56,348 nucleotides of DNA from a virus (taxonomy: Duplodnaviria > Caudoviricetes). This document shows positions 1 to 7,139 of the stretch, one piece after another; position 1 is the first letter of the stretch; each line of letters starts with the position of its first letter. The stretch lies in the IMG/VR virus record IMGVR_UViG_3300032260_000005, positions 1 to 56,348 of that record. One strand, given 5' to 3'. A program made the translations under genes and the position numbers. The notes beneath the pieces are model-generated. The model made no database searches, had not been told where the DNA came from, and saw only the letters and a list, made by a program, of their open reading frames with translations.

Positions 1-106
1 ATATCCATTTTCAACCTCGCGTATAACAAAGCAAATCAACTGGACGCTGAAAGCTCTGCGGGTTTTAAGTTAAGCGCCGTGGTGGCGCAAGTTATTTGCG
101 ATGTTA
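1..106. repeat. Terminal direct repeat (identical to 56243-56348); assembly circularity overlap
   Basis: First 106 nt equal last 106 nt; the cassette of ORF 56044-56271 joins attC 21-109 across the junction. Confidence 0.95.
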
Positions 107-109
107 GGC
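21..109 (+). repeat. attC-like site
   Basis: R'' GTATAAC, 5 nt, L'' AAATCAAC ... L' GTTATTT, 5 nt, R' GTTAGGC; GCGTATAAC is the exact complement of GTTATACGC at 56043. Confidence 0.9.
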
Positions 110-370
110 TTCAGTTATTAAGACCCAGAAATTGTCGTCAATTACTTTCTGAAACTCTGGCGGCAAATCCTCCTGGTTTTCCAAAGCTCGCATAAACTCT
201 CTATCTATGCCACAAGTAACATGCATAGGCATTATTTCCTGCCGCTTGCTGCATGCAGGGCAAACGTGAACCATCTTTTTGCCTTGCGGTATCACGATAT
301 GCTGAGGCGGGTTGTGCTCTGGGTGCATGCACATATCTGGTTTAGGTATATCTTCAAAATGTGTTGGCAT
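104..370 (-). CDS. Cassette ORF, Cys/His-rich hypothetical protein
   Basis: 88 aa, CMHPEH and HVCPAC motifs; stop TAA lies in R' at 103; upstream GAGG. Confidence 0.7.
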   Translation of the reverse strand: MPTHFEDIPKPDMCMHPEHNPPQHIVIPQGKKMVHVCPACSKRQEIMPMHVTCGIDREFMRALENQEDLPPEFQKVIDDNFWVLITEA

Positions 371-391
371 TCTATATATCCTCTTCGATTC

Positions 392-477
392 GCCTAACCA
401 TGCAAATCAATCTGAGCAGGTTAGTCTTTAGTTCTGTTCTGGCACTGAGTGTGCCAGCTTATTTGCAATGGTTATGT
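392..477 (+). repeat. attC-like site
   Basis: GCCTAAC ... CTTATTT ... GTTATGT; R'' complements GTTAGGC at 103. Confidence 0.85.
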
Positions 478-741
478 GTAGCCACGCCTTATTGCTTCGT
501 CACGCCTTTCAGCGTCCTGTCTGTTCCAGTGGTCGTATTCCGCATTGTGCCGATCAAGCTCCATCTGGTTTTGCCTGCAGCATTCTTCGCAGTAGCCTTC
601 GTGCAATTCTTCCATAGGCTCTCCGCATTGAGAGCAGTGCAAATCACACATAACAATGGCATCAACGGTGGACGCACCTAGTCTGTGCGCCAATTCAAGT
701 GCTTCTTGGTCTTCGTGTTTTACTGCTGGTTTATGCTTCAT
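472..741 (-). CDS. Cassette ORF, Zn-finger-like hypothetical protein; starts inside its attC
   Basis: CSQC...CEECC; GGAGG RBS and ATG lie within attC 648-780. Confidence 0.7.
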   Translation of the reverse strand: MKHKPAVKHEDQEALELAHRLGASTVDAIVMCDLHCSQCGEPMEELHEGYCEECCRQNQMELDRHNAEYDHWNRQDAERRDEAIRRGYT

Positions 742-780
742 CGTATTTCCTCCGGTGCGCCAGTTATGCTGTCGTTATGT
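648..780 (+). repeat. attC-like site
   Basis: ACATAAC, GCATCAAC ... GTTATGC, GTTATGT; ACACATAAC complements GTTATGTGT at 471. Confidence 0.85.
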
Positions 781-996
781 GTCATAAAAGCTTTCAAACC
801 CAATGCAACTAACAACCACCTTAAAACCTTCGTGCATTTCAGCGCGTTTATCAACATGCCTGCAATCCTGCAAAACGCGAGTGCATGTTTTGCACAATGA
901 TGTTGGGTATATTGAGTCCCTTATTGCCGCTTTGCCACATAACACGCCGTTCGAGGTGACAGAATCACCATCAGCGCCTTGTTCTGAATCTTTCAC
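775..996 (-). CDS. Cassette ORF, Cys-rich hypothetical protein
   Basis: 73 aa; GTG start within attC 937-1023; stop in R' at 774. Confidence 0.55.
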   Translation of the reverse strand: MKDSEQGADGDSVTSNGVLCGKAAIRDSIYPTSLCKTCTRVLQDCRHVDKRAEMHEGFKVVVSCIGFESFYDT

Positions 997-1023
997 GTCT
1001 GCACCTCAACTAAAATGTTATAC
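937..1023 (+). repeat. attC-like site (identical to 4007-4093)
   Basis: ACATAAC, GTTCGAGG ... CCTCAAC, GTTATAC. Confidence 0.9.
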
Positions 1024-1308
1024 AGTCAACGCACCTGTTGTCTTTGCGTACTCCATAAACTGGGACACCCTGGCTTTCTTGGCGTTAATTGCCTGTAGTG
1101 TGCCGCTCTTTTCAATAATTCCGCATTCTTCTAGCATCTCAATAACGGCGATTATGTCACAGCACTCAATAGCAATATCTTCAGCATTTGTTGTGTTGCC
1201 TCCTGGGTATCCATCCTCTGTTCCAAACCGCAAGGCTTTTGTGGCAGCTTGTTGTATCTCTGCGGCCTCTTCAATTAAGCAGGCTAGTAAGTGTTCTCTT
1301 TTATTCAT
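1018..1308 (-). CDS. Cassette ORF, MazG-like NTP pyrophosphohydrolase
   Basis: LIEEAAEIQQA ... IAIECCDIIAV (EExxE ... ExxD metal-binding pattern). Confidence 0.7.
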   Translation of the reverse strand: MNKREHLLACLIEEAAEIQQAATKALRFGTEDGYPGGNTTNAEDIAIECCDIIAVIEMLEECGIIEKSGTLQAINAKKARVSQFMEYAKTTGALTV

Positions 1309-1327
1309 ATCTGCGTGTCCTGTTGCT

Positions 1328-1412
1328 GAATAACAATCACTTCAATTTGACTGCGTGGTCATCGGCGCTCTTTTAGCTATCTGTGGGCAGCAGCTCATTA
1401 GCAACGTTATAC
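1328..1412 (+). repeat. attC-like site (eroded L boxes)
   Basis: GAATAAC ... GTTATAC; CTGAATAAC is 8/9 complementary to GTTATACAG at 1017. Confidence 0.65.
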
Positions 1413-1414
1413 CG

Positions 1415-1657
1415 CTACTGAACTGTACTTCTCTTCCAGTCAGCAATGCCTTCATTTTTAGCAATGTGGTTTGTAGTCCCTTGCATCCGGTCAACTGCCT
1501 CTTTCTGTCCTACGACTGCACACATTCCCAGCCCGCACATGCTGGCTAATTTCATCAGCACATTGGCAACGTCTTGCTCGTTTTTGCAGTCGCACGAATT
1601 TACATATTCTTCTACTGTTTTATTAGCCAGCTTTTCAGCTTCTTTCGGTTTTATCAC
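1415..1657 (-). CDS. Cassette ORF, hypothetical protein
   Basis: 80 aa, GAGG RBS, fills the space between two attC sites. Confidence 0.65.
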   Translation of the reverse strand: MIKPKEAEKLANKTVEEYVNSCDCKNEQDVANVLMKLASMCGLGMCAVVGQKEAVDRMQGTTNHIAKNEGIADWKRSTVQ

Positions 1658-1672
1658 GTTGCCATCCTCGCG

Positions 1673-1796
1673 TTATAACAAGTCGCATTAACTCGGACAC
1701 ATGCCGCAGTGTCCGGCGATCAAGTTTAGTTAAATGTTTCCGTCGTTCTATTCGTATTCAGTGTTGGCATGTGCTCGGTTATGCGCAACGTTATGC
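1673..1796 (+). repeat. attC-like site
   Basis: TTATAAC, GCATTAAC, CACATGCC ... GGCATGTG, GTTATGC, GTTATGC. Confidence 0.85.
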
Positions 1797-1800
1797 AGCC

Positions 1801-2010
1801 TTAATAATTGCCATCGTTCAAAATAGTTACGCTTTCAAAAGTTGTACTCAAAAGCACCATCTCCCCAGGCACGGCTGTTTCCTCTAAGCCCATATCAACA
1901 AGGCTACGGTTCAACGCTTCTGCGGCTTCTTCAGGGTTCTCTGCAACTACCACGGCGGCAGTGCCTACAGGATAGTGGCCTGTAAAACAATTATTGAAAT
2001 ATACGTTCAT
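1801..2010 (-). CDS. Cassette ORF, hypothetical phage protein
   Basis: 69 aa, TAAGGA RBS, ends NDGNY. Confidence 0.7.
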   Translation of the reverse strand: MNVYFNNCFTGHYPVGTAAVVVAENPEEAAEALNRSLVDMGLEETAVPGEMVLLSTTFESVTILNDGNY

Positions 2011-2030
2011 AGCGGTTCCTTATTAAATTT

Positions 2031-2115
2031 GCATAACCAGCCGTTCGAGGTGACAGCGAGGTCAATGCGGTTTGTTCTGGTTTCGGTGGGCTGCACCTCA
2101 ACTAAAATGTTATGC
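2031..2115 (+). repeat. attC-like site (arms shared with 937 and 4007)
   Basis: GCATAAC, GTTCGAGG ... CCTCAAC, GTTATGC; R'' complements R' at 1790. Confidence 0.9.
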
Positions 2116-2154
2116 CGCACACTCTACCAGCTGTGCGGCTTGCCTGTTTTGCTA

Positions 2155-2355
2155 TCAGGGCTTTCCATTATCGAGGTAGTCAATGTCTTGCGGTGCGTTT
2201 CTTAGTGAGCAATACTCAAGTTCCACTTTTAGCGAGTGAATAATTTTTCCTGCACTATTATTCATTTCAGAAGCCCGCTTCACATCAATTTTCCCGTTTT
2301 TTACATCTTGAAACAACTCTGATAGCTCTTTTCTCAATTCTACGATATTGTTCAT
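2155..2355 (-). CDS. Cassette ORF, small helical hypothetical protein
   Basis: 66 aa, overlaps the stop of 2352-2732; AAGGAG RBS. Confidence 0.7.
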   Translation of the reverse strand: MNNIVELRKELSELFQDVKNGKIDVKRASEMNNSAGKIIHSLKVELEYCSLRNAPQDIDYLDNGKP

Positions 2356-2732
2356 GTTCTACTCCTTATCTCTCGTTTGATTAAAATATTTAGTGCTTTT
2401 GCGGTTACTAATTCAGGCTCCTTAAACCTGTAGCGGTTTCTGACTTGATACTCTGCGTAGGCAATCGGGTTTGATTGCCTCCATTTCTTATGGCTTTCTA
2501 GACACCTTTCAGGGTTTCTTTGCTGCCATTCTTTTGCATGCTCGGGGTTCTTTTTTCGCCAAGCTAGGGCTTTGATTTTAATTCGCTCTTTATTCAGCTG
2601 ATAATACTTAGCATCTTCTTTACTTTTACACTCCTTGCATACAGTAGCCAGCCCATCTTTTGAGGCTGAATGTTTGCGGTAGCAATGATCTTGCTTTGTG
2701 ATGCCGCATTTCTTACAAGTTTTCTCGCTCAT
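2352..2732 (-). CDS. Zn-finger basic protein resembling the N-terminal part of HNH homing endonucleases, no catalytic HNH
   Basis: CKKC ... CKEC and repeated W(R/Q)xxNPE motifs. Confidence 0.6.
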   Translation of the reverse strand: MSEKTCKKCGITKQDHCYRKHSASKDGLATVCKECKSKEDAKYYQLNKERIKIKALAWRKKNPEHAKEWQQRNPERCLESHKKWRQSNPIAYAEYQVRNRYRFKEPELVTAKALNILIKREIRSRT

Positions 2733-2905
2733 GATTTGCTGCTCTCTTTCATAACACTTGCTACAGAAAGAAGAGATGCGGATAAAATGCTGTCTACAAT
2801 CTTTATTGCTCTTTCTTTTGTTAATCCGTCAACCGAGTGTGCTAACAATAGCACTGCGTTGTTTTTTAGAATTTCTATTTTTTCATCAATAGTTTGTTCT
2901 GTCAT
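2729..2905 (-). CDS. Small ORF missing from track (58 aa, MTEQTIDEKIEIL...)
   Basis: Translated by hand; AGGA RBS; TGA overlaps ATG of 2732. Confidence 0.55.
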   Translation of the reverse strand: MTEQTIDEKIEILKNNAVLLLAHSVDGLTKERAIKIVDSILSASLLSVASVMKESSKS

Positions 2906-2930
2906 AGCTTTATAGTCCTGTGTCAGTCCG

Positions 2931-3020
2931 GCCTAACCAGGCAAATCCAGCGGATGCCGATAGTCGTGTGCGTTTTAGTCTATTACCGCGCTAGGCACAG
3001 CTGATTATGCAACGTTATGA
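2931..3020 (+). repeat. attC-like site
   Basis: GCCTAAC, AAATCCAG ... CTGATTA, GTTATGA. Confidence 0.8.
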
Positions 3021-3377
3021 CTCTTCTTCATACCGTGCTTTAAACCATGTTGCTATTCTGTTGCGTTCAGCATCATCAAGCATCTCATCAAACTCCCACA
3101 TGATCTGATTCAGGCAGTCCATGCAGTCAAGCTCGGCATCACGATTGATTAGGTTTCGAGTGATGCTCATCTTTACCGGCCCAGGTTTGCGCATCTCTTC
3201 GATTAATTTAGCATCAGCCTTATATCCGTCAAATGATTCTGAGCCGTCACAAAACAACTCACTTGATCGACCAGAAAATCCTTTTAAGAATTGCTCAACT
3301 TCTGGTTCTGAATCAGCATTTGCAACAATGTGGTAAACAGTAAAATCTGTCATAACAATTAGCTCCAGGCGACGCAA
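3015..3377 (-). CDS. Cassette ORF, hypothetical protein (alternative start ATG at 3353, overlapping R'')
   Basis: 120 aa; stop in R' at 3014. Confidence 0.65.
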   Translation of the reverse strand: MRRLELIVMTDFTVYHIVANADSEPEVEQFLKGFSGRSSELFCDGSESFDGYKADAKLIEEMRKPGPVKMSITRNLINRDAELDCMDCLNQIMWEFDEMLDDAERNRIATWFKARYEEES

Positions 3378-3451
3378 TAAAGCGGCGCGGTTATCAGTTA
3401 AATTTGAGGTTCAGTAGGCGCTTTATTGCGCCCCTGAGCATGGTGTTAGAA
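3350..3451 (+). repeat. attC-like site
   Basis: TCATAAC, GCTCCAGG, CGCAATAAAGC ... GCTTTATTGCG, CCTGAGC, GTTAGAA. Confidence 0.9.
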
Positions 3452-3718
3452 TGCATCTCGCTCTATGCTCTCTATCTTGCCTCGGCGCTTTTCTATCCGC
3501 TGAGACCATCCGCAATGGGCGCATTCTTTAACTATTGATTGTCTAGCTGGCCCGTTGTACCAAGTACCGTCCGTATCTTTCCATGCCGTGTGGCAATCAG
3601 CCGTCACGCTACCATGCGCATTCCAATGAGGGCACCCGCACTTCGGGCATTCTAACAAGCACGTCAACTCTGACGCTGTGCTGTCACGTGGTTTCTTCTC
3701 TTCGTTTGAGTCAGTCAT
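3446..3718 (-). CDS. Cassette ORF, Zn-ribbon protein; starts inside its attC
   Basis: CPKC ... CAHC; GGGAG RBS within attC 3650-3772. Confidence 0.7.
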   Translation of the reverse strand: MTDSNEEKKPRDSTASELTCLLECPKCGCPHWNAHGSVTADCHTAWKDTDGTWYNGPARQSIVKECAHCGWSQRIEKRRGKIESIERDAF

Positions 3719-3772
3719 TGCCTATCTCCCTTTGCGGCCTAATAGGGGCGCAGGTTACGTTTATCGTTATGT
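3650..3772 (+). repeat. attC-like site
   Basis: TTCTAAC, ACGTCAAC ... GTTACGT, GTTATGT; GCATTCTAAC complements GTTAGAATGC at 3445 (10 bp). Confidence 0.9.
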
Positions 3773-4066
3773 GGCTTTATCGCATGCGTCTAATGCTTCT
3801 TTGGCCCAGGCTTTATATTCGTAGTCCATAGCATTAACACTCACTATCTTTTCCAGGTGGTGTCTATATACCCTGGCCTCAATCTCAAGGTTTCTTGCAA
3901 TGGTTCTGAGTTCTTCATAGCTTTTGCATCGCTGGTACTTGTTGCAAGCCCATGTCTCATTCCCGTCTTCATCAATCCTGGTATAGCGGCCCTGCTTACC
4001 GCAGCCACATAACACGCCGTTCGAGGTGACAGAATCACCATCAGCGCCTTGTTCTGAATCTTTCAC
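3767..4066 (-). CDS. Cassette ORF, hypothetical protein; first 21 aa identical to ORF 775-996
   Basis: MKDSEQGADGDSVTSNGVLCG encoded by the duplicated attC. Confidence 0.65.
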   Translation of the reverse strand: MKDSEQGADGDSVTSNGVLCGCGKQGRYTRIDEDGNETWACNKYQRCKSYEELRTIARNLEIEARVYRHHLEKIVSVNAMDYEYKAWAKEALDACDKAT

Positions 4067-4093
4067 GTCTGCACCTCAACTAAAATGTTATAC
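4007..4093 (+). repeat. attC-like site (identical to 937-1023)
   Basis: AGCCACATAAC complements GTTATGTGGCT at 3766 (11 bp). Confidence 0.9.
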
Positions 4094-4300
4094 AGCACAG
4101 AACCAATCACGAATTCCAGTTAATAGGCTTCGCTTGGGTTTAACTGTGCGGCAGCCACCGCTGTTCCATCCGGCATACCAATTATCAGCAGCGCCATAAA
4201 AGAACTCATCCCCATGGCTTTCGTATGGGCAAGAGCTTTTAGGTTCACCAGTATCTCTGGCCGCCCTGCCTTGCTCGTAAGCTTCTGCATCTGTAGTCAT
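4088..4300 (-). CDS. Cassette ORF, ribosome modulation factor (RMF/CrpP)-fold-like protein
   Basis: AYEQGRAA..G.PKSSCPY ... WYAGW resembles RMF (RGYQAGIAGRSKEMCPY ... WLGGW); GGAG RBS before ATG 4300. Confidence 0.6.
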   Translation of the reverse strand: MTTDAEAYEQGRAARDTGEPKSSCPYESHGDEFFYGAADNWYAGWNSGGCRTVKPKRSLLTGIRDWFCAV

Positions 4301-4318
4301 ATTTTCTCCGTTCGTGCT

Positions 4319-4407
4319 GTATAACAAAGGCAATTAACAATGGACGTATTCTTCATTTGTGGCAATTTCTAGCACCCAGCGCCGCCAGTTATTAGCCAAC
4401 GTTAGGC
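4319..4407 (+). repeat. attC-like site
   Basis: GTATAAC ... GTTAGGC; GTGCTGTATAAC complements GTTATACAGCAC at 4087 (12 bp). Confidence 0.88.
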
Positions 4408-4638
4408 ATCAAGCCTGAATGTCATCGCTTCGTTCTCAGTTATACCCTCATGTATGCAATCTGCGAAATACACAATCCCGTCTGTTGCGCGGATAAACCT
4501 CCATCCAAAAAACGAATCAGCACCTATATTGCCAGGAAGGTCATCCGGGTATTCAATAGCGTTTACTGCAAGCCATCTCATCGCATGCAATCTATTTGGC
4601 TTGTTCTTTGGTCTGAATTTCAATATTTTCGCAATCAT
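4402..4638 (-). CDS. Cassette ORF, hypothetical protein
   Basis: 78 aa; stop in R' at 4401. Confidence 0.65.
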   Translation of the reverse strand: MIAKILKFRPKNKPNRLHAMRWLAVNAIEYPDDLPGNIGADSFFGWRFIRATDGIVYFADCIHEGITENEAMTFRLDA

Positions 4639-4642
4639 AATA

Positions 4643-4810
4643 TCAATCCCATATCACCTGCGCAGTCATTTCACATTGGCGCTTCTTTTTGTCCAGAAAA
4701 ACAGCAACCCTCTGTCTTCCAGCATGCCCCGCTCCATCACTAAATCTTCTGCTTTCGTAGCGCAAGAGTTTGTTTGGTGGTCTGCAATAAACTGGTATAT
4801 ATGGTTTCAT
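4643..4810 (-). CDS. Small ORF missing from track (55 aa, MKPYIPVYCRPP...)
   Basis: Hand translation; fills the cassette upstream of 4638. Confidence 0.4.
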   Translation of the reverse strand: MKPYIPVYCRPPNKLLRYESRRFSDGAGHAGRQRVAVFLDKKKRQCEMTAQVIWD

Positions 4811-4817
4811 GTTCGAT

Positions 4818-4900
4818 GCCTAACAAGTAAAATCTAGCTGACGGGTCAAGTTCAGCGGCAAAATATACACCCAGAGCCGCAACTAATTTTCATGTTAGCC
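4818..4900 (+). repeat. attC-like site
   Basis: GCCTAAC, AAATCTAG ... CTAATTT, GTTAGCC; GATGCCTAAC complements GTTAGGCATC at 4401. Confidence 0.85.
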
Positions 4901-5380
4901 TTCAACGATGCGGCGCAAGCTAATCGGTGAGTATTCGTGTTCAATGAACACCAGCTTATGCCGCGGGTCTGTTTTATCTTCCGGGTGGTGTCCAGTATTG
5001 TGGTGGTGTCCATGCACGTTAATATAATCACCATCGTCATCAATTGGCTTATGGGTAAGCACGATAGTTTTGCCAAAAATATTAAGTTGCACTCTGTCAC
5101 CTACAAAGTCCCACCCGTTCCGGTGATACCATGTGTTGCTCTTTCTGTCATGGTTCCCGCGAATAAGCCACTTTTTACCAGAGCACATCATCATGAATTT
5201 TTGATGCCAGTACTCATCTTTACCTATGCAAAAGTCACCAAGGTGAATTAGCACATCATCAATGTGTATTTGACTATGTAGCGTTTTAAAAATGCGCTCT
5301 TCAAAATCCTGCGGGCGCTGGCAATACTCATGCATTTGCTCATCCCCAAAGTGCGTATCTGTAATTACCCAATAATTCAT
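4895..5380 (-). CDS. Calcineurin-like metallophosphoesterase
   Basis: DTHFG, HLGDF, RGNHD, THKP, HGHHH motifs. Confidence 0.9.
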   Translation of the reverse strand: MNYWVITDTHFGDEQMHEYCQRPQDFEERIFKTLHSQIHIDDVLIHLGDFCIGKDEYWHQKFMMMCSGKKWLIRGNHDRKSNTWYHRNGWDFVGDRVQLNIFGKTIVLTHKPIDDDGDYINVHGHHHNTGHHPEDKTDPRHKLVFIEHEYSPISLRRIVEG

Positions 5381-5390
5381 TTCAAATCCA

Positions 5391-5467
5391 GGCTAATCAG
5401 CGATGTTATTCCTACCCAGAAAGCCCCGTAAATGGGGCGGGCTAGAGATAATCAAGGACTGTTAAAA
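5391..5467 (+). repeat. Degenerate attC-like site at promoter-proximal end of array
   Basis: AGGCTAAT is 1 nt from the expected AGGCTAAC; GTTAAAA at 5461 contains the stop of the next ORF; arms poorly paired. Confidence 0.4.
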
Positions 5468-5827
5468 TCGCCTCTCATCTAAGTATTGCCGACTTCTAAA
5501 CTCTACGCCATTATTGTAAGCATCAACAGATGCCTCCATGTCCTCGTTTATATCCTCTGTTGCTCTGTGTTCTGCGTAGGCGTCGCGCACCTCGCTTAAT
5601 GAATCGTGCATGGCCTCAACCTCATCAGAGCTTGGTGTATTCCCTGTCAGGAATACCCTGCAAGCCCGTAGAGCAATAATGTAAACCATTCGCTCATCTG
5701 AGCTGCTTCCAATAATCTTTTGCTCTCCATCCGTCCATTCAACCCCATCCATAAGTAGTTTACCTGTCTGGTCATCATCAATCCGCTGTTTCCATTCTTT
5801 GATTTGTTCTTTAGTAGGCGTAATCAT
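5462..5827 (-). CDS. Hypothetical protein, first gene of leftward early operon
   Basis: 121 aa, AAGGA RBS, downstream of promoter. Confidence 0.7.
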   Translation of the reverse strand: MITPTKEQIKEWKQRIDDDQTGKLLMDGVEWTDGEQKIIGSSSDERMVYIIALRACRVFLTGNTPSSDEVEAMHDSLSEVRDAYAEHRATEDINEDMEASVDAYNNGVEFRSRQYLDERRF

Positions 5828-5862
5828 GTGGTTATCCTTTTGTTTTATTGCTGGTGTGATTG

Positions 5863-5892
5863 TACTTTAGCTCAAAAAGCTTACCCGGTCAA
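5863..5892 (-). promoter_or_regulatory. Leftward sigma70-like promoter
   Basis: TTGACC-17 nt-TAAAGT on - strand. Confidence 0.65.
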
Positions 5893-5916
5893 CGCATTAA
5901 CATGCGTATAGCGCAC

Positions 5917-5945
5917 TTGACTGCTTTTTAGATATAGGCAATAAT
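5917..5945 (+). promoter_or_regulatory. Rightward sigma70-like promoter
   Basis: TTGACT-17 nt-AATAAT; ATG follows 6 nt later (leaderless-like). Confidence 0.65.
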
Positions 5946-5951
5946 GAAAGC

Positions 5952-6188
5952 ATGAAAAAGATAATGTCAGCTTCCAGAGTAGTGCGAGACCTTCAACAGA
6001 GGGTTAAGGTTCTAAAAAAGAACGGCGTAACCTACAAGGCCTTACAGGATAAAGCCGGAGTAAAAGCACGGTGGTTTTTATATTTCAGGAATAGGGAAGA
6101 CCCAAATACTGAAACGCGTCTATTAGACGCCCTTGAAAGGGCGGTGGTGTATTATGAAGCTGCTTTTCAGCAGAAAGAGAATACCTGA
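5952..6188 (+). CDS. Cro/XRE-like helix-turn-helix regulator
   Basis: GVTYKALQDKAGVKARWF ... NTETRLLDALERA pattern; position at divergent promoters. Confidence 0.6.
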   Translation: MKKIMSASRVVRDLQQRVKVLKKNGVTYKALQDKAGVKARWFLYFRNREDPNTETRLLDALERAVVYYEAAFQQKENT

Positions 6189-6205
6189 AATAGCTGGTTT
6201 CTTCG

Positions 6206-6340
6206 GAAGAACGATTAGCTAACCTGCACAGCGAGGAATTAACTATGTACTGTGATAAATGTGGAAGATTTTGGGAAGAGTGCGAATGTGACGAAAAGGC
6301 GCAAAAGAAAGCTGTGTCTGCGTTGAGCGGCTTGTTAGAA
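6206..6340 (-). repeat. attC-like site, last of array C; non-consensus R' (GTTCTTC) at junction to backbone
   Basis: On + strand: GAAGAAC-5 nt-GCTAAC ... GTTGAGC-5 nt-GTTAGAA. Confidence 0.7.
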
Positions 6341-6613
6341 GGCACTTGCACCAGTGCGGCATCTTGCGAGAACCAGGAGCCTGTTACTGTTGAGAGCTTG
6401 CTTGCAGCTAAGAAAATGATGGATGAAAAATTCCCCGACCCTATTGCACAATGCATGAGGGAAAAAGGATTTGACCCGAATAATGGCGGCATTCTCTTTT
6501 TACACGAATCAATGAGGAGAGAAATGCCATTTATACCTAGCTATGTGCGTTTCTCTTCACTAATTGATGCGCCCCTATTGATTGACAGCAGGGTAGTGCC
6601 GGGTGCCTTCTAA
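6245..6613 (+). CDS. Cassette ORF, hypothetical protein; starts inside its attC
   Basis: GAGGA RBS; CDKC..CEC N-terminus; TAA at crossover 6611-6613. Confidence 0.65.
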   Translation: MYCDKCGRFWEECECDEKAQKKAVSALSGLLEGTCTSAASCENQEPVTVESLLAAKKMMDEKFPDPIAQCMREKGFDPNNGGILFLHESMRREMPFIPSYVRFSSLIDAPLLIDSRVVPGAF

Positions 6614-6696
6614 CGCCCAAAATAACTGGGCGCGTGACCAAGTTTAAATAGAAGCGGGGCGCTTTATTCGCTCCATGTTGATTTTGATTGTTAGAG
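6608..6696 (-). repeat. attC-like site
   Basis: TTCTAAC, AAATAAC ... GTTGATTT, GTTAGAG; GTGCCTTCTAAC complements GTTAGAAGGCAC at 6334 (12 bp). Confidence 0.9.
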
Positions 6697-6832
6697 GCGC
6701 TACGGAGTAACAAATGAGACAAGATTGCCATTATTACCATGAGTGCAAATTGCCAGCCCAACTCTGTAACTCAAAGTGCAAAGAGTTTAAAAAGGCAGAT
6801 TGGGGTGGGATTAAACCAAAGAGGAAAAAGAA

Positions 6833-7021
6833 ATGAGCGACCATAAATATTGGGATGAGGATGTAGAAAAAGCCGTAAACAATGCATGCATTGGCAATGA
6901 AGACTCTTACGAGATTCAGTTTAAAGAGCCAGTGGAGGCATTCAATATCCATAAAGATGATGTTATTCACTTAGCAAAGTGTTTTGGGCTTGCTGTTTAT
7001 GAGAAAGATACTGCCCTCTAA
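6833..7021 (+). CDS. Cassette ORF, hypothetical protein (preceded by a 40-aa Cys-rich ORF at 6714-6836)
   Basis: 62 aa, GAGG RBS, TAA at crossover. Confidence 0.65.
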   Translation: MSDHKYWDEDVEKAVNNACIGNEDSYEIQFKEPVEAFNIHKDDVIHLAKCFGLAVYEKDTAL

Positions 7022-7139
7022 CATCGTTATTAACCGGCGCTTGCGCCGAAAAGGAGCCATAAAATGAATGAGAACGAAACCGCAGAAACAACGCCAGCCG
7101 CTGAGCTTGAAGCGTCCGCGTTGAATAACCTTGTTATGC
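7016..7139 (-). repeat. attC-like site containing RBS and start codon
   Basis: CTCTAAC, TATTAAC ... GTTGAATA, GTTATGC; AAGGAG and ATG 7064 lie inside. Confidence 0.9.

Larger units (their letters stand above)
1..5467 (+). mobile_element. attC gene-cassette array B, distal part (continues from 54098-56348 across the origin); attC on + strand, ORFs on - strand
   Basis: 13 clear attC-like sites plus 1 degenerate, alternating with short ORFs; R'' of each site is complementary to the R' of the preceding site. Confidence 0.88.

Noticed and set aside
5462-5827. CI-like repressor opposite the Cro-like gene
   Set aside because: No HTH or S24 peptidase motif; temperate lifestyle not supported by visible genes
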